Source: a bacterium
GTDB taxonomy: Bacteria > Omnitrophota > Gorgyraeia > Aquiviventales > Aquiviventaceae
Direction of reading: 5' to 3'
Assembly: GCA_036396895.1 (NCBI GenBank)
Contig: DASWKB010000008.1
Location: forward strand, 1,796 to 65,795
Length of the DNA stretch: 64,000 nt
Below, in pieces: positions 26,686 to 36,712 of this stretch. A program made the position numbers and the translations under genes. The notes under the pieces were generated by a model that saw only the letters and a list, made by a program, of their open reading frames with translations, was not told the DNA's origin and searched no databases. The first letter of the stretch is position 1. The number at the start of each line of letters is the position of its first letter.

Positions 26686-26713
26686 GGAAGGTCTCGCGTC
26701 CCCGTTCGTCCGC

Positions 26714-27595
26714 TCACCGCTCGGCCTGCACCGCGAGGTCTCCCACGCGCATCGCCTCGCCCGTCAGCACGTCGCACGCCGCCAGGCGGTTCCGGACCCG
26801 GATCGTCCGCACCTGCCCGACCGGCAGCGACGCGCGCAGGACGTCGAAGATCGTGCCGATGCGCACCCCGTCCTTGCTGCCGCGATTGACGACCACGAAC
26901 TGGTGCTGGTCATTCACTTCGATCAGGCGTCCGTGCACGGGACTCGCCTGGACGCCCTCCACGCGCACCGTCGCGAGCTCGACCGCGCCGCCCGCAACGC
27001 TGTCCATGAGCGCCGCGGTGTCCAGCTTCGGCCCCTGGCTGCTGTCCGCCAGTACCTCCACGCCGGTCACCGGAGGCGGCTCGCTCCCGCGCTCGAGATG
27101 CTCGATGGACTTGCGGTAATCCCGCTCGTACATCGCCAGCTGACTGCGGACGTTCCGGATATCCCGCTCCATCTCCCGGACTTCCGCCGACGCGTGCTCC
27201 GCCGCCGCCTGCGCCGCGTCCCGCTCCGCCCGAACGAATTCCAGCTCCGATTGCAGCCGGGCCTGCTCGCCGTCCAGCCGCTCATGGTCCTGCAGGGTGG
27301 CGCTGAGCGTGCCGCGCACCCCTTCCAGATTGGCGACCATCTCCTCCAGCTGTCGATCCAGACCCTGCACGCGATCCGACAGCGCGTCCCGTTCCGTATC
27401 CAGCGCCGCGCGCTGCTCGTCGAGTTCGATATTCTTGGCCCGTAGCGCGGCGATGTTGGATTTCGCCGTGTCGATCTGGCCGGTCAGCACCTTCGCCCGG
27501 CTCACGTGCTCGCGCGAGGACAAATAGCCCACCGTGCCAAGGCCGCCGAAGCCGACCAGGAGCGCCCCGAGCACCACCAGCACCAGTCGCTTCAT
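26714..27595 (-). CDS. Membrane-anchored coiled-coil protein with a C-terminal small beta-barrel-like domain; inserted between murD and ftsW
   Basis: Start at MKRLVLVVLGALLVGFGGLG (ATG at 27595). About 180 aa follow with a heptad-like charged sequence (..NIELDEQRAALDTERDALSDRVQGLDRQLEEM..). The C-terminus is VVVNRGSKDGVRIGTIFDVL...VGDLA. I recognise no family. Confidence 0.6.
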   Translation of the reverse strand: MKRLVLVVLGALLVGFGGLGTVGYLSSREHVSRAKVLTGQIDTAKSNIAALRAKNIELDEQRAALDTERDALSDRVQGLDRQLEEMVANLEGVRGTLSATLQDHERLDGEQARLQSELEFVRAERDAAQAAAEHASAEVREMERDIRNVRSQLAMYERDYRKSIEHLERGSEPPPVTGVEVLADSSQGPKLDTAALMDSVAGGAVELATVRVEGVQASPVHGRLIEVNDQHQFVVVNRGSKDGVRIGTIFDVLRASLPVGQVRTIRVRNRLAACDVLTGEAMRVGDLAVQAER

Positions 27596-27686
27596 CCCGC
27601 CCCCCCGCCGCCCCTGCGGGAGCCGTCCGTCCGCCGCGTTCGCGCCGCCCCTGCGCGGATCGGGCGGCGCCCGCGCCGTGCGCCGC

Positions 27687-29123
27687 TCACGTCCGGTCCC
27701 CGCCGGCGCCCGCCGCGAGGCTCGCCGCCAACGCGGCGACGCCAAGGCGCGCCACGACCGCCTTGAACGCGGCGCCCCGCGCCTCGAAATTCCTGAACAT
27801 GTCGAAGCTCGCGCATGCCGGAGAAAAGAGCACCGTCGCGCCAGGTCCGGCCAGGCCGCGCGCGGTCTCCACCGCCTCCTCGAGCGTGCCGGCTTCCCGC
27901 ACCGGAGGCGCGCCGCCTCCCGCGGAGCCCAGCAGCGCGCACAGCTCCGCGCGCGCTTCGCCGATCAGCACGACGCCCCGCACGCGCGGGTCCGATAACA
28001 GCGGCACCATCGGAGAGAGATCGAGCCCCTTATTCCGTCCGCCGATGATCGGGACGACCGGCCCTCGCGTCCGTCTCAGCGCGTACATGAGGCTCTCCGG
28101 CGTGGTGGACTTCGCGTCGTTGACGAACGTCACGCCGCGCACGCGTCCGGCGGGCTCCATCCGATGCTCCAACCCGCGAAACGCGCGCACCTGCTGCCAG
28201 GTGAACGCGTCGGGAATCCCGAAGATTCTCGCCGCCTGGAGCACCGCCTGCACGCTCGGCCCGATCGCCCCCTGCGTCTGCGGCGCGAGCGCGAACGCCG
28301 GCGCGTTGACGGCGCCGCGCCCGAACCACACGCTCCGGGCGGTGAGCCCCGCCCCTCGCGCCGCGATCTCGGGATCGCCGGCATTCAGGACGGCCCAATC
28401 CTCCCGGGTCTGCCGGGCGAACAGGCGCATCTTGGCCTGCACGTACGCGAGGTGATCGTGATGCCGATCCAGATGATTGGCGCCGATGATGAGGAGCATG
28501 CCCACGGAGGGGCGGAAGCGCTCGCAGCCCAACAGCTGGAACGAGCTCACCTCGACCACCGCGACCCCCTCCGGCGGCAGCGCCTCAACGACGCTGCTGA
28601 ACGGCGTGCCAAGATTCCCGCACGCCACCGCGGCCCGCCGCGCCGCCCGCAGGATGGCCGTCAGCAGCGTCACGGCGGAGCTCTTGCCGTTGGTGCCGGT
28701 CACCGCGACCACCGGCGCGCGGCAAAAATGGAACGCGAGCTCGATCTCGCTGATGACCGGAAGCTGCCGCGCGCGGGCCCAGGCCAGCGCCGGCGTGTCC
28801 TCATGGATGCCGGGGCTCGTGACGATGAGATCCGCCGCCTCGACGGCCCGCGTCGTGTGCCCGCCCAGCTCGACGTCCGCGGCGCCGTACTCCAGCAGCG
28901 CCTCGCGCGCCGCCCGCAGCACCGGTGAGTCCTGCGCATCCGTCACGCGGACCTCGCAGCCCAGCCGGCACAGGAGCTCCGCGGCGGCCCGGCCGCTCTT
29001 CCCCAGGCCGACGACGGTCACCCGCCGGCCCTTCCATGAGCAGCCGAAGACGTCCACCGAGGCGGGCCGCGCCGCCGAGGCGTCGGCGCTCGGGCGCGTC
29101 TGCGACACGGCCACCGGCGTCAT
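27687..29123 (-). CDS. murD: UDP-N-acetylmuramoylalanine--D-glutamate ligase
   Basis: Start at MTPVAVSQ (ATG at 29123; ATGA overlap with the mraY stop). VVGLGKSGRAAAELL and GTNGKSS are present. Confidence 0.9.
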   Translation of the reverse strand: MTPVAVSQTRPSADASAARPASVDVFGCSWKGRRVTVVGLGKSGRAAAELLCRLGCEVRVTDAQDSPVLRAAREALLEYGAADVELGGHTTRAVEAADLIVTSPGIHEDTPALAWARARQLPVISEIELAFHFCRAPVVAVTGTNGKSSAVTLLTAILRAARRAAVACGNLGTPFSSVVEALPPEGVAVVEVSSFQLLGCERFRPSVGMLLIIGANHLDRHHDHLAYVQAKMRLFARQTREDWAVLNAGDPEIAARGAGLTARSVWFGRGAVNAPAFALAPQTQGAIGPSVQAVLQAARIFGIPDAFTWQQVRAFRGLEHRMEPAGRVRGVTFVNDAKSTTPESLMYALRRTRGPVVPIIGGRNKGLDLSPMVPLLSDPRVRGVVLIGEARAELCALLGSAGGGAPPVREAGTLEEAVETARGLAGPGATVLFSPACASFDMFRNFEARGAAFKAVVARLGVAALAASLAAGAGGDRT

Positions 29124-30118
29124 GGCCACCACCCCGCCGTCGCCACCCCCGCGGACGCCAGCAGCGCACCCGCGATCCAGAAGCGCACCATCAGTTTCGG
29201 CTCGGGCGTGCCCCCCAGTTGAAAATGGTGGTGCAGCGGCGCCACGCGGAAGACCCGCCGCCCGCCGCGCCACCGGTACGACGCCACCTGCACGATCACC
29301 GATCCGGCCTCCGCCACGAAGACGCCGCCGACCACGACGAACCAGAGCGCCGCCTGGCTCAACAGCGCGATGGCCCCCAGGGCGGCTCCCAATCCCAGCG
29401 CCCCGACGTCGCCCAGGAACACCGACGCCGGGTACCCGTTAAACCAGAGAAATCCGGCGCACGCGCCCGCGAACGCGGCGCACCACGGCAGCAGCCGACG
29501 GTCGGCCGCCGGATCCAAGAGCAGCCACACCGCCAACGCCGCGAACGCGACGGTCCCGCATCCCGCCGCCAGGCCGTCCATCCCATCGGTCAGATTCACC
29601 GCATGCGCCGACGCGGCCATGACCAGCATCGCAAACGGCACGCACAGCGGCCCGAGCGCCGCGGCGCGTCCGCTCCAGGGCAGCGCCACCGCCGCCCGCT
29701 CCGCCGGCCCTACCGCCAGCGCCGCGCCGACCGCCGCGCCCACGCCCAGCGCCACCGCCAGTTTCGGCGCGGTCCGGACGCCCAGCGCCTGCGGGCGGCG
29801 CAGCTTCAGCACGTCATCCAGGAGTCCGAGCGCGGCCAGCGCCGCGACCGACCCGAGGACGATCCAGCCGTCCGCGTGCCGCAGTCCGCCCCCGCACGCC
29901 GCCGCGACGGCGGCCGCGGCCAGCACCAGCACGCCGCCCATCGTCGGCGTGCCCGCCTTGTGCGCATGCAGCTCCTGCAGCGGCGGGCAATCGCCGTGGC
30001 GGAGCGGCTGCACCATCTGCGCGCGGGCCAGCCGCCGGATGGTGGCGCGCCCGGCGAGCAGGCACAGCCCGGCGGAGACCACGAACACGCCCGCCGCCTG
30101 GCTCAGCGCGTCCCGCAT
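29120..30118 (-). CDS. mraY: Phospho-N-acetylmuramoyl-pentapeptide transferase
   Basis: 332 aa with KAGTPTMGG, NLTDGMDGLA and APLHHHFQL. Confidence 0.9.
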   Translation of the reverse strand: MRDALSQAAGVFVVSAGLCLLAGRATIRRLARAQMVQPLRHGDCPPLQELHAHKAGTPTMGGVLVLAAAAVAAACGGGLRHADGWIVLGSVAALAALGLLDDVLKLRRPQALGVRTAPKLAVALGVGAAVGAALAVGPAERAAVALPWSGRAAALGPLCVPFAMLVMAASAHAVNLTDGMDGLAAGCGTVAFAALAVWLLLDPAADRRLLPWCAAFAGACAGFLWFNGYPASVFLGDVGALGLGAALGAIALLSQAALWFVVVGGVFVAEAGSVIVQVASYRWRGGRRVFRVAPLHHHFQLGGTPEPKLMVRFWIAGALLASAGVATAGWWP

Positions 30119-30158
30119 GCCTGCACGGCCGTTTCCCGCCTCCCGGCCTCCGCCGGCT

Positions 30159-31595
30159 TCACCACGCCGCTCCGAGCCGCCGTGGATGTGTTGCCGTCTG
30201 CCGCTCGAGCAGACACTGCGTCACGTGTTCGAGATTGAGCTTGCGCGATCCCTTGATGAGCACGCTGTCGCCGGGCTCCAGGAGCTCCTGCAGCGCCCCG
30301 ACGAGCTCCTCGACCGTCCGGTAGATGGTCACCCCGTCCGAGCGGGCTTCGCGCACCCCATCCGCCACGCACTCCGCGTACTCGCCGACCGCCAGGACCC
30401 GATCGATGCCCAGCTGCGCCGCCAGCCTCCCGATCGCTTGATGCGCGGCCCGGGAGTAGGTTCCCAGCTCAAGCATGTCGCCTACGACCGCGATCCGGCG
30501 GCGGGCCGCGAGCCCCCGCAGGGTCTCCAGGGCGCGCGCGAACGACAGCGGATTGGCGTTGTAGCAGTCGTTGAGAATCGTGACATCGCGGCACTGCAGG
30601 ATTTCCGACCTCAGCGGCAGCGGCGCCGCCATCGCCAGGCGCTCGCGCACCAGCGAGAGCGGGACGCCGAGCGCCCACGCGGTCGCGATCGCCGCGAGCG
30701 CGTTCTCCACGTTATGCGACCCGACCAGCGGAATGCTCCACTGGCCGTGCATGTCGCGCAGCCGGACGAGCATCCCGTTCGCCGTCCGCTGGATGTCCGT
30801 CGCCTGGATGTCGCACCGGTCCGTCGAGCCGAAGGTCACCACGCGCACGCCGGGCGCCAGGTGCCGCGGCGCCTCAAGACACACGTCCAGCTGATCACCC
30901 GGCAGGACCGCCGTTCCGTCGGGCGGCAGGGCGTCCAGCAGCGAGAGCTTCTCCTGCATCACCATCAGCATGGACCCGAAGAACTCCAGGTGCGCCGGGC
31001 CGATGTTGGTCACGACCCCGACGGTCGGCTGGGCGAGAGAGGCGAGGTAGGAGATTTCGCCGGGGTGGTTGCTCCCCAGCTCGACGACCGCGGCCTCATG
31101 CCGCGGGTGCATCCCGAGCAGCGTGAGCGGCACGCCGATGTGGTTGTTCTGCGTCCCGAAGCTCTTGAGAATCGTGCCGTCCGGGCCGAGCACGCGGCCG
31201 ATGAGGTCTTTGGTCGTGGTCTTCCCGCAGGAGCCCGTAACCGCGACGACCGGATAGCCCATGCGGCCGCGGTGATAGCGGGCCAGGCGCCCCAGGGCGG
31301 CGGTCGTGTCGTCCACCAGCACGGCGGGCCCTGCGTCCGGCCCCGACCCGGCCGCGGCGGCGTCGGCCACCACGACGCAGGCGGCGCCGCGTTGGGCGGC
31401 CTCCGCGGCGAACGCGTGGCCGTCATAGTTCGCGCCGCGGATCGCGACGAAGGCCTCGCCGGGCCGCAGCCGCCGGGAATCGATCGCGATGCCGCTCGCG
31501 ACCGCGTTCGGCACTCCGCCCAGCAGCCGCCCGCCCGATGCGTCCAGGATGTCGGCGATCGTCCACACGGCGCCGGCGGCGCGCGCCGGCCTCAT
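30159..31595 (-). CDS. murF: UDP-N-acetylmuramoyl-tripeptide--D-alanyl-D-alanine ligase
   Basis: Start at MRPARAAGAVWTIADIL (ATG at 31595; ATGA overlap with the murE stop). GSCGKTTTK and NDCYNANP are present. Confidence 0.9.
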   Translation of the reverse strand: MRPARAAGAVWTIADILDASGGRLLGGVPNAVASGIAIDSRRLRPGEAFVAIRGANYDGHAFAAEAAQRGAACVVVADAAAAGSGPDAGPAVLVDDTTAALGRLARYHRGRMGYPVVAVTGSCGKTTTKDLIGRVLGPDGTILKSFGTQNNHIGVPLTLLGMHPRHEAAVVELGSNHPGEISYLASLAQPTVGVVTNIGPAHLEFFGSMLMVMQEKLSLLDALPPDGTAVLPGDQLDVCLEAPRHLAPGVRVVTFGSTDRCDIQATDIQRTANGMLVRLRDMHGQWSIPLVGSHNVENALAAIATAWALGVPLSLVRERLAMAAPLPLRSEILQCRDVTILNDCYNANPLSFARALETLRGLAARRRIAVVGDMLELGTYSRAAHQAIGRLAAQLGIDRVLAVGEYAECVADGVREARSDGVTIYRTVEELVGALQELLEPGDSVLIKGSRKLNLEHVTQCLLERQTATHPRRLGAAW

Positions 31596-33091
31596 GAAGC
31601 CACCGCCGCATGGTGCTGCGCGGCGAGCCATCGCTGCACCACATCCCGGTCGACGAACGGCACGGAGATATTCCCGAAGATCTGGTACGTCTCGTGCCCC
31701 TTGCCCGCAATCAGCACGGTGTCCTCCGGATGCGCGAGATAGAGGGCGCTCGAGATCGCCTGCTCGCGGTCCGCCAGGATTTGGTACTCGCGGAATGCCC
31801 GCGGGAATCCCGCTTCGATCTCCCGGATGATGGCCAGCGGATCTTCGGACCTGGGATTATCCGACGTCAGGATGACGTGGTCCGCCAAGAGGCCGGCGAT
31901 CCGGCCCATCTCCGCCCGTTTCTGCCGGTCGCGGTCCCCGCCGCAGCCGAACACGACGATGACCCGGCCGCTCGTCAGCTCGCGGATGGAATCCAGCACC
32001 AACTGCAGCGCGTCCGCCGTGTGGGCGTAGTCGATGAGGATATTGAGTCCCAGATCGTTCGGCACCCGCTCCAGCCGGCCCGGCACGTCGGCCAGCGCGG
32101 CCAGTCCCTGCTGGACCGTCTCCGGCCCGATGCCCAGGGCGACCGCGGCGGCCGTGGCCGCGGCGATGTTCCAGGCGTTGTGCCGGCCCAGCATCGGCGT
32201 CGAGATCGGAATGATGCCCCAGGGCGTCATCAGGCTGCAGCTCAGCCCGCGCCAGGAGTAGCCGAGGCCTCGCACCGTGACGTCCGCCGGGCCCCGGACG
32301 CCGAAGGTCACGATCCGGCGGTTCGGAATGGTCTGGGCGAGCGTGCGTCCGAACGGGTCGTCGACGTTCACCACCGCATAGCCCCCTTCCCGGACGTGCT
32401 CGAAGAGGCGCCGCTTCGCGGCCCCGTACTCGGCGCGGGTCCGGTGGTAGTCCAGGTGATCGCTCCCCAGATTCGTGAACAGGCCGACTTCAAAGGTCAG
32501 GCCCTCGGTCCGGGCCTGCGCGAGGGCGTGGGAGGACACCTCCATGACGCACCACTCGAGTCCCTCCCCGACCATTTGGGCGCAGTACCGCTGGAGGTCC
32601 AGGGGGCCTGGCGTCGTGTTCATCGACGGCAGCACCCGGCTGCCGATCTGGTAGACGATGGTGCCCAGCATGCCGACCCCGCCTCCGGTCTGCTCCAGGA
32701 CTGATTTGAGCAGGTAGGTCGTCGTCGTCTTGCCGTTGGTGCCGGTGATGCCGAGCAGGCGCAGCTTCTCCGTCGGATGGCCGTAGAACCGCGCGGCCAT
32801 CACGGCCAGCGCCCGGCGCGTATCCGACACGGTGACGCAGGGGCACGTCCGCCACTGGCTGCCCTCCCGCGTGGCGGCGCCGTAGCGAACGGGCAGATGG
32901 CCGGCCACCACCGCGGACGCCCCGCGGGTGATGGCTTCATCAATATAGGTGTGCCCGTCCATGGATTCGCCCTGGATCGCGACGAACACGTCGCCCGGCC
33001 GCACTTGCTTCGAATGGCACACCAACCCCCGAATCGGCACCGCCGCCACAGGCTCCGCCGTCAGCCCCCGCAACAATTCCCGCAGCGTCAT
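31592..33091 (-). CDS. murE: UDP-N-acetylmuramoyl-L-alanyl-D-glutamate--2,6-diaminopimelate ligase
   Basis: Start at MTLRELLRGLTAEP (ATG at 33091; ATGA overlap with the ftsI stop). GITGTNGKTTT and DYAHTADAL are present. The DNPR motif (TSDNPRSEDP) suggests meso-DAP specificity. Confidence 0.9.
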   Translation of the reverse strand: MTLRELLRGLTAEPVAAVPIRGLVCHSKQVRPGDVFVAIQGESMDGHTYIDEAITRGASAVVAGHLPVRYGAATREGSQWRTCPCVTVSDTRRALAVMAARFYGHPTEKLRLLGITGTNGKTTTTYLLKSVLEQTGGGVGMLGTIVYQIGSRVLPSMNTTPGPLDLQRYCAQMVGEGLEWCVMEVSSHALAQARTEGLTFEVGLFTNLGSDHLDYHRTRAEYGAAKRRLFEHVREGGYAVVNVDDPFGRTLAQTIPNRRIVTFGVRGPADVTVRGLGYSWRGLSCSLMTPWGIIPISTPMLGRHNAWNIAAATAAAVALGIGPETVQQGLAALADVPGRLERVPNDLGLNILIDYAHTADALQLVLDSIRELTSGRVIVVFGCGGDRDRQKRAEMGRIAGLLADHVILTSDNPRSEDPLAIIREIEAGFPRAFREYQILADREQAISSALYLAHPEDTVLIAGKGHETYQIFGNISVPFVDRDVVQRWLAAQHHAAVAS

Positions 33092-34863
33092 TCGTCCTCC
33101 CCGGCGCGTCCAAGCTGGGCGAGCCGGCGCGGCGCGGATTCCGCCGGCCGCGACGGGGCACGCCGGACCATCGCAGGCTCGGCGGTCCGCTCCAGCTCCC
33201 AATACCCCATGAGGCGTTCCACCACCCTCCGGAACATGGGCGCCGCGACCGACCCGCCGTAGTACACGGGCCGGGGCTCGTCCATGTTCACGACAATGAC
33301 GACAGACGGATCGGGCACCGGCGCAAAGCCGACGAAGGAGGCAACGAACCGGCTGTGGGAGTAGCGGCCGTTCGGCTCGATCTTCTGAGCCGTCCCGGTT
33401 TTTCCGGCCGCCGTGAGGCCCTGGACATTCGCCAGCCGGCCGGTGCCCGACCCGACAACACTGACCAACAGTTCCTGCATGACCCGCGCGGTCTCGGCGC
33501 TCAGGACCCGGACCGGCGGCGCCGATGCCGGGACGCGCACCACCGCCCCGTCGGCGTCTTGAATTCGCTCGACCACGCGCGGCGTGACCCTCCAGCCGCC
33601 GTTGGCGATCACCGAGGTCATGACCGCCAGCTGGATCGGCGTGACCGCGATTTCCTGCCCGATCGGAAGGATGAACGGCGAGAGCCTGGACCACCGCCCG
33701 GGCGGGCGCAGGATGCCCGAAATTTCCCCCGGCACGTCGATGCCGGTCGGCTCCCCGAATCCGAACGCCCGGATGTAGCGGTACAGCTCCTCCGGCGTCA
33801 GCCGTTGCGCCGCCTTCGCCACGCCGATGTTCGAGGAAAGCCGGATGACGTCCGCGAACGACAGCGTCCCGTAGCCGTGATGGTCATGCAGCACGTGCCG
33901 CGCCACCGTCGGATACTCGCCGTGCTCGCAGAAGATCGTCTCCTCGGGCGAGATCCGCCCTTCCTCCAGGAGCGCCGAAGCGGCCACGATCTTGAAGATG
34001 CTGCCGGGCTCGAACAGGTCGGTGACCGTGCGGTTGCGGCGCGTCTCGGGGCGCGCGCGGCCGGGATCGTTGGGGTCGTAGTTCGGCCAGGTCGCCATGG
34101 CGAGGACCGCCCCCGTCGCCGGATCCATGACGATGACGGAGCCGCCCTTGGCGTTGAACGTTTCGACACCCCAGTCCAGCGTCTCTTCCGCGACTTGCTG
34201 GACCACCGCGTCGATCGTGAGCACGAGATCGTGCCCCGCGGTGGGGAGCGCCTCGGTCGTCCACGGCCCGACTAGATACTGGCCTTGCCCGTCCCGAAGC
34301 GTGCGGCGCCATCCGTCGTATCCCCGCAGCGCGCCGTTGAACGCCAGCTCCAGCCCCTCCAGCCCCTGATGATCGATGTCCACGAACCCCATGAGATGTC
34401 CGCCGAGCGTCCCGTGTGGGTAGACCCGCTTCAGCTCATCGCGCACGCCCACGCCCGCGCGCCGCAGCGACGCCAGCTCCGCCCGCGCCTGGGGCGCGAT
34501 CTGGCGCGCGATCCACACGAATCCCCGATCCTCCTGCCCCAGTCGGGCCCGCACGAGCGCCGGGTCCGCGCCGGTCACGTCCGCGAGCCGGTGCGCCGTT
34601 TCCGCTCCGCCCGCGACATGCCGCGGATCGGCGAACACCGATGGCGCCTGAACGCTCATCGCCAGAATCCTCTCGCGGCAGTCGAGAATGCGTCCGCGCT
34701 TCCCGAGCAGCGGCTCGAGATGCTGCTGCTGGCGCTGCGCGATGGCCCGGGACTGCCGCGCGCCGAGCGCCTGCAGCCACACGAGGCGCAGCTCGAGCAC
34801 GGCGAGCAGGAGGAGACAGCCTGCCAGGACGAGCACCATGCGGTCATTCGTCGTCCGTGCCAT
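33088..34863 (-). CDS. ftsI: Penicillin-binding protein 3-type transpeptidase FtsI
   Basis: 591 aa with an N-terminal TM helix. EPGSIFK carries the SxxK motif; SSN and KTGTA are also present. Confidence 0.9.
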   Translation of the reverse strand: MARTTNDRMVLVLAGCLLLLAVLELRLVWLQALGARQSRAIAQRQQQHLEPLLGKRGRILDCRERILAMSVQAPSVFADPRHVAGGAETAHRLADVTGADPALVRARLGQEDRGFVWIARQIAPQARAELASLRRAGVGVRDELKRVYPHGTLGGHLMGFVDIDHQGLEGLELAFNGALRGYDGWRRTLRDGQGQYLVGPWTTEALPTAGHDLVLTIDAVVQQVAEETLDWGVETFNAKGGSVIVMDPATGAVLAMATWPNYDPNDPGRARPETRRNRTVTDLFEPGSIFKIVAASALLEEGRISPEETIFCEHGEYPTVARHVLHDHHGYGTLSFADVIRLSSNIGVAKAAQRLTPEELYRYIRAFGFGEPTGIDVPGEISGILRPPGRWSRLSPFILPIGQEIAVTPIQLAVMTSVIANGGWRVTPRVVERIQDADGAVVRVPASAPPVRVLSAETARVMQELLVSVVGSGTGRLANVQGLTAAGKTGTAQKIEPNGRYSHSRFVASFVGFAPVPDPSVVIVVNMDEPRPVYYGGSVAAPMFRRVVERLMGYWELERTAEPAMVRRAPSRPAESAPRRLAQLGRAGEDE

Positions 34864-34929
34864 TGATCCATTCCGTCCGCATCAGGATTCGGCCGTCCCT
34901 GGAACGTTCCGGAGCCATGCGCGGGCGTC

Positions 34930-35232
34930 TCATGGGTCCCGCGCCGCCGCCAGGCGGAGGTATGCGCCCTCCCCCTGCGAACCGGGTTCGGCCATCGACC
35001 AGGCGACGAGGTCCAGCTTCCGGCCGGCTCGCTCGGCGGCCAGCCGGACCGGAGAATGCAATCGCACGACGTCGGATTCCAGCCACGCCATCGCCGAGGC
35101 GCGCATGTCCGCCTGCGCCATCTTCCGTCCGAGCCCGTACCCGCGCTCGATGACCGCCGCGCGCTCGGCGACCTTCACGCAGCCGACCGCCACCAGCACG
35201 CCGATCGCCGCCGCCAGACGCGATGTGCGCAT
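34930..35232 (-). CDS. ftsL: FtsL-like small bitopic division protein, called tentatively on position and topology
   Basis: Start at MRTSRLAAAIGVLVAVGCVKVAE (ATG at 35232, overlapping the rsmH stop as TGATG). About 100 aa, located between rsmH and ftsI. Confidence 0.5.
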   Translation of the reverse strand: MRTSRLAAAIGVLVAVGCVKVAERAAVIERGYGLGRKMAQADMRASAMAWLESDVVRLHSPVRLAAERAGRKLDLVAWSMAEPGSQGEGAYLRLAAARDP

Positions 35233-36191
35233 CACGGCAGCCGCTCGAGCGCGCGGAGCTTCGCCGAGCGCGAACGGGGATTCGAGGCCACTTCGTCGGC
35301 GTCCGGACGGACGGGTTTCTTGGTCAGCACGCGCCCCCACCCTTGCCGCGCGGCGTCGAGGAACGCCCGCTTGACCAGCCGGTCCTCGAGGGAATGAAAA
35401 CTGATGATCACGGCGCGTCCACCGGGCGCCAGCAGGTCCGGCAACGCCGCCAGGAGCGTTCGGAGTGCACCCAACTCATCGTTCACCGCCAGGCGCAGCG
35501 CCTGGAACGTCCGGGTCGCCGGATGCAACCGGCGCGAGGCGCGCGCCCCCGGGGTTGCGCCGGCGACGATGCCCGCGAGTTCCCGTGTGGTCTCGATCGG
35601 TCCGCTCGAGCGCGCGCGCTCGATGGCGCGCGCGATCCGGCTCGCATAGCGGTCTTCCCCGTACTCGCGGATGACCTGCGCCAGCTCGTCGGACGGCCAG
35701 GTGTTCACGGCTTCCCGCGCGGTCAGCGCCCGCCGCCGGTCCATGCGCATGTCCAGCGGGCCGTCCTGCAAAAAACTGAATCCCCGCTCCGGACGATCGA
35801 CGTGCATGCTCGAGAGGCCCAGATCCAGGAGCAGGCCGTCGAGGCGCGGGAGCCCCAGCTCCGCCGACACCTGAGCGAGATCCTGAAACGGGGCGCGGAT
35901 GAGCCGGACGGCCTCGCCGTACTCGTCCAGCCGCTCGACGGCGAGCGCAAGCGCGTCGTCGTCCCAATCCAGCCCAAGGAGCCTGCCGCCCGGCGCCAGC
36001 CGCGCCGCCAGCTCGGCCGCGTGCCCGCCCGCGCCCACCGTGCCGTCGGCGATGACGGCGCCTGGACGCGCCGCGAGGTAGTGCAGCACCGCGGTCGTCA
36101 GGACAGGCCGGTGCGGCATGCCGCCGCCGCGCTCCTCATGCGTCCGATCCGGCTCGTCCGTCACCACCGCGCCCCCGTTGTGCCCCCACAT
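35232..36191 (-). CDS. rsmH: 16S rRNA (cytosine1402-N4)-methyltransferase
   Basis: HRPVLTTAVLHYL, DGTVGAGGH, LLDLGLSS and IISFHSLEDR are present. The true start may be the Met of MPHRPVL at 36119. Confidence 0.9.
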   Translation of the reverse strand: MWGHNGGAVVTDEPDRTHEERGGGMPHRPVLTTAVLHYLAARPGAVIADGTVGAGGHAAELAARLAPGGRLLGLDWDDDALALAVERLDEYGEAVRLIRAPFQDLAQVSAELGLPRLDGLLLDLGLSSMHVDRPERGFSFLQDGPLDMRMDRRRALTAREAVNTWPSDELAQVIREYGEDRYASRIARAIERARSSGPIETTRELAGIVAGATPGARASRRLHPATRTFQALRLAVNDELGALRTLLAALPDLLAPGGRAVIISFHSLEDRLVKRAFLDAARQGWGRVLTKKPVRPDADEVASNPRSRSAKLRALERLP

Positions 36192-36210
36192 GCGACCCGC
36201 GCTCCCCGCT

Positions 36211-36648
36211 CTACTCCAGCATCACGCGTTCGGCGATGTCTTCAAAGCTCGGCCGCGACGCCTCGTAGAACGCCTGCCATTTCTCCTTCGCCCAGATCTC
36301 GATGCGGTTCGAGACCCCGACGATGACGACGTCCTGCTGGATCTGCGCGAACTCCTTCAACGGCCTCGGCACGAGAATGCGCCCAAGGCCGTCGACTGAG
36401 ACTTCCGCCGCCCCGGAGAACAGCAGCCGGTTGAACTTGCGGCCTTCGCTCTTGGTGAACGGGATCTGCTTGAACCGGGCTTCCGTCATCCGCCATTCGG
36501 ATTCCGGAAACAGGAAGAGACAGCCGTCGAGCCCGCGGGTGAGGAACAGCGTGGCGATCTGGTGGTCCTTGAGGGGTTGGCGGAACCTTGCGGGGATAAT
36601 GAGGCGGCCTTTGCGGTCGAGGGCGTGTTCGTATTCCCCATAAAACAT
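36211..36648 (-). CDS. mraZ: Transcriptional regulator MraZ
   Basis: 145 aa. MFYGEYEHALDRKGRLIIPARFR and a second SpoVT-AbrB half (VDGLGRILVPRPL). Confidence 0.9.
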   Translation of the reverse strand: MFYGEYEHALDRKGRLIIPARFRQPLKDHQIATLFLTRGLDGCLFLFPESEWRMTEARFKQIPFTKSEGRKFNRLLFSGAAEVSVDGLGRILVPRPLKEFAQIQQDVVIVGVSNRIEIWAKEKWQAFYEASRPSFEDIAERVMLE

Positions 36649-36676
36649 CGGCCGTCACCCGTTGGTAGGAGAGATA

Positions 36677-36700
36677 CCACTTTCTCCCACTATCCCCCAC
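36677..36700 (-). promoter_or_regulatory. Three GTGG(G) direct repeats at exact 10-nt spacing; candidate MraZ operator
   Basis: Minus strand reads GTGGGGGATA GTGGGAGAAA GTGGTATCTC, between the -10 hexamer and the mraZ ATG. Confidence 0.6.
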
Positions 36701-36712
36701 AAGGACGACCAA

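Noticed and set aside
31592-33694. N-terminal extensions of many track ORFs: murE 700 aa, murD 528 aa, ftsQ 343 aa, PPIase 420 aa, cpaF 488 aa, DUF503 277 aa, dksA-like 300 aa and ribH 321 aa.
   Set aside because: The extensions overlap the upstream gene and are Arg-rich nonsense. Internal ATGs sit exactly at ATGA or TGATG junctions with the preceding stop and restore family-typical N-termini.
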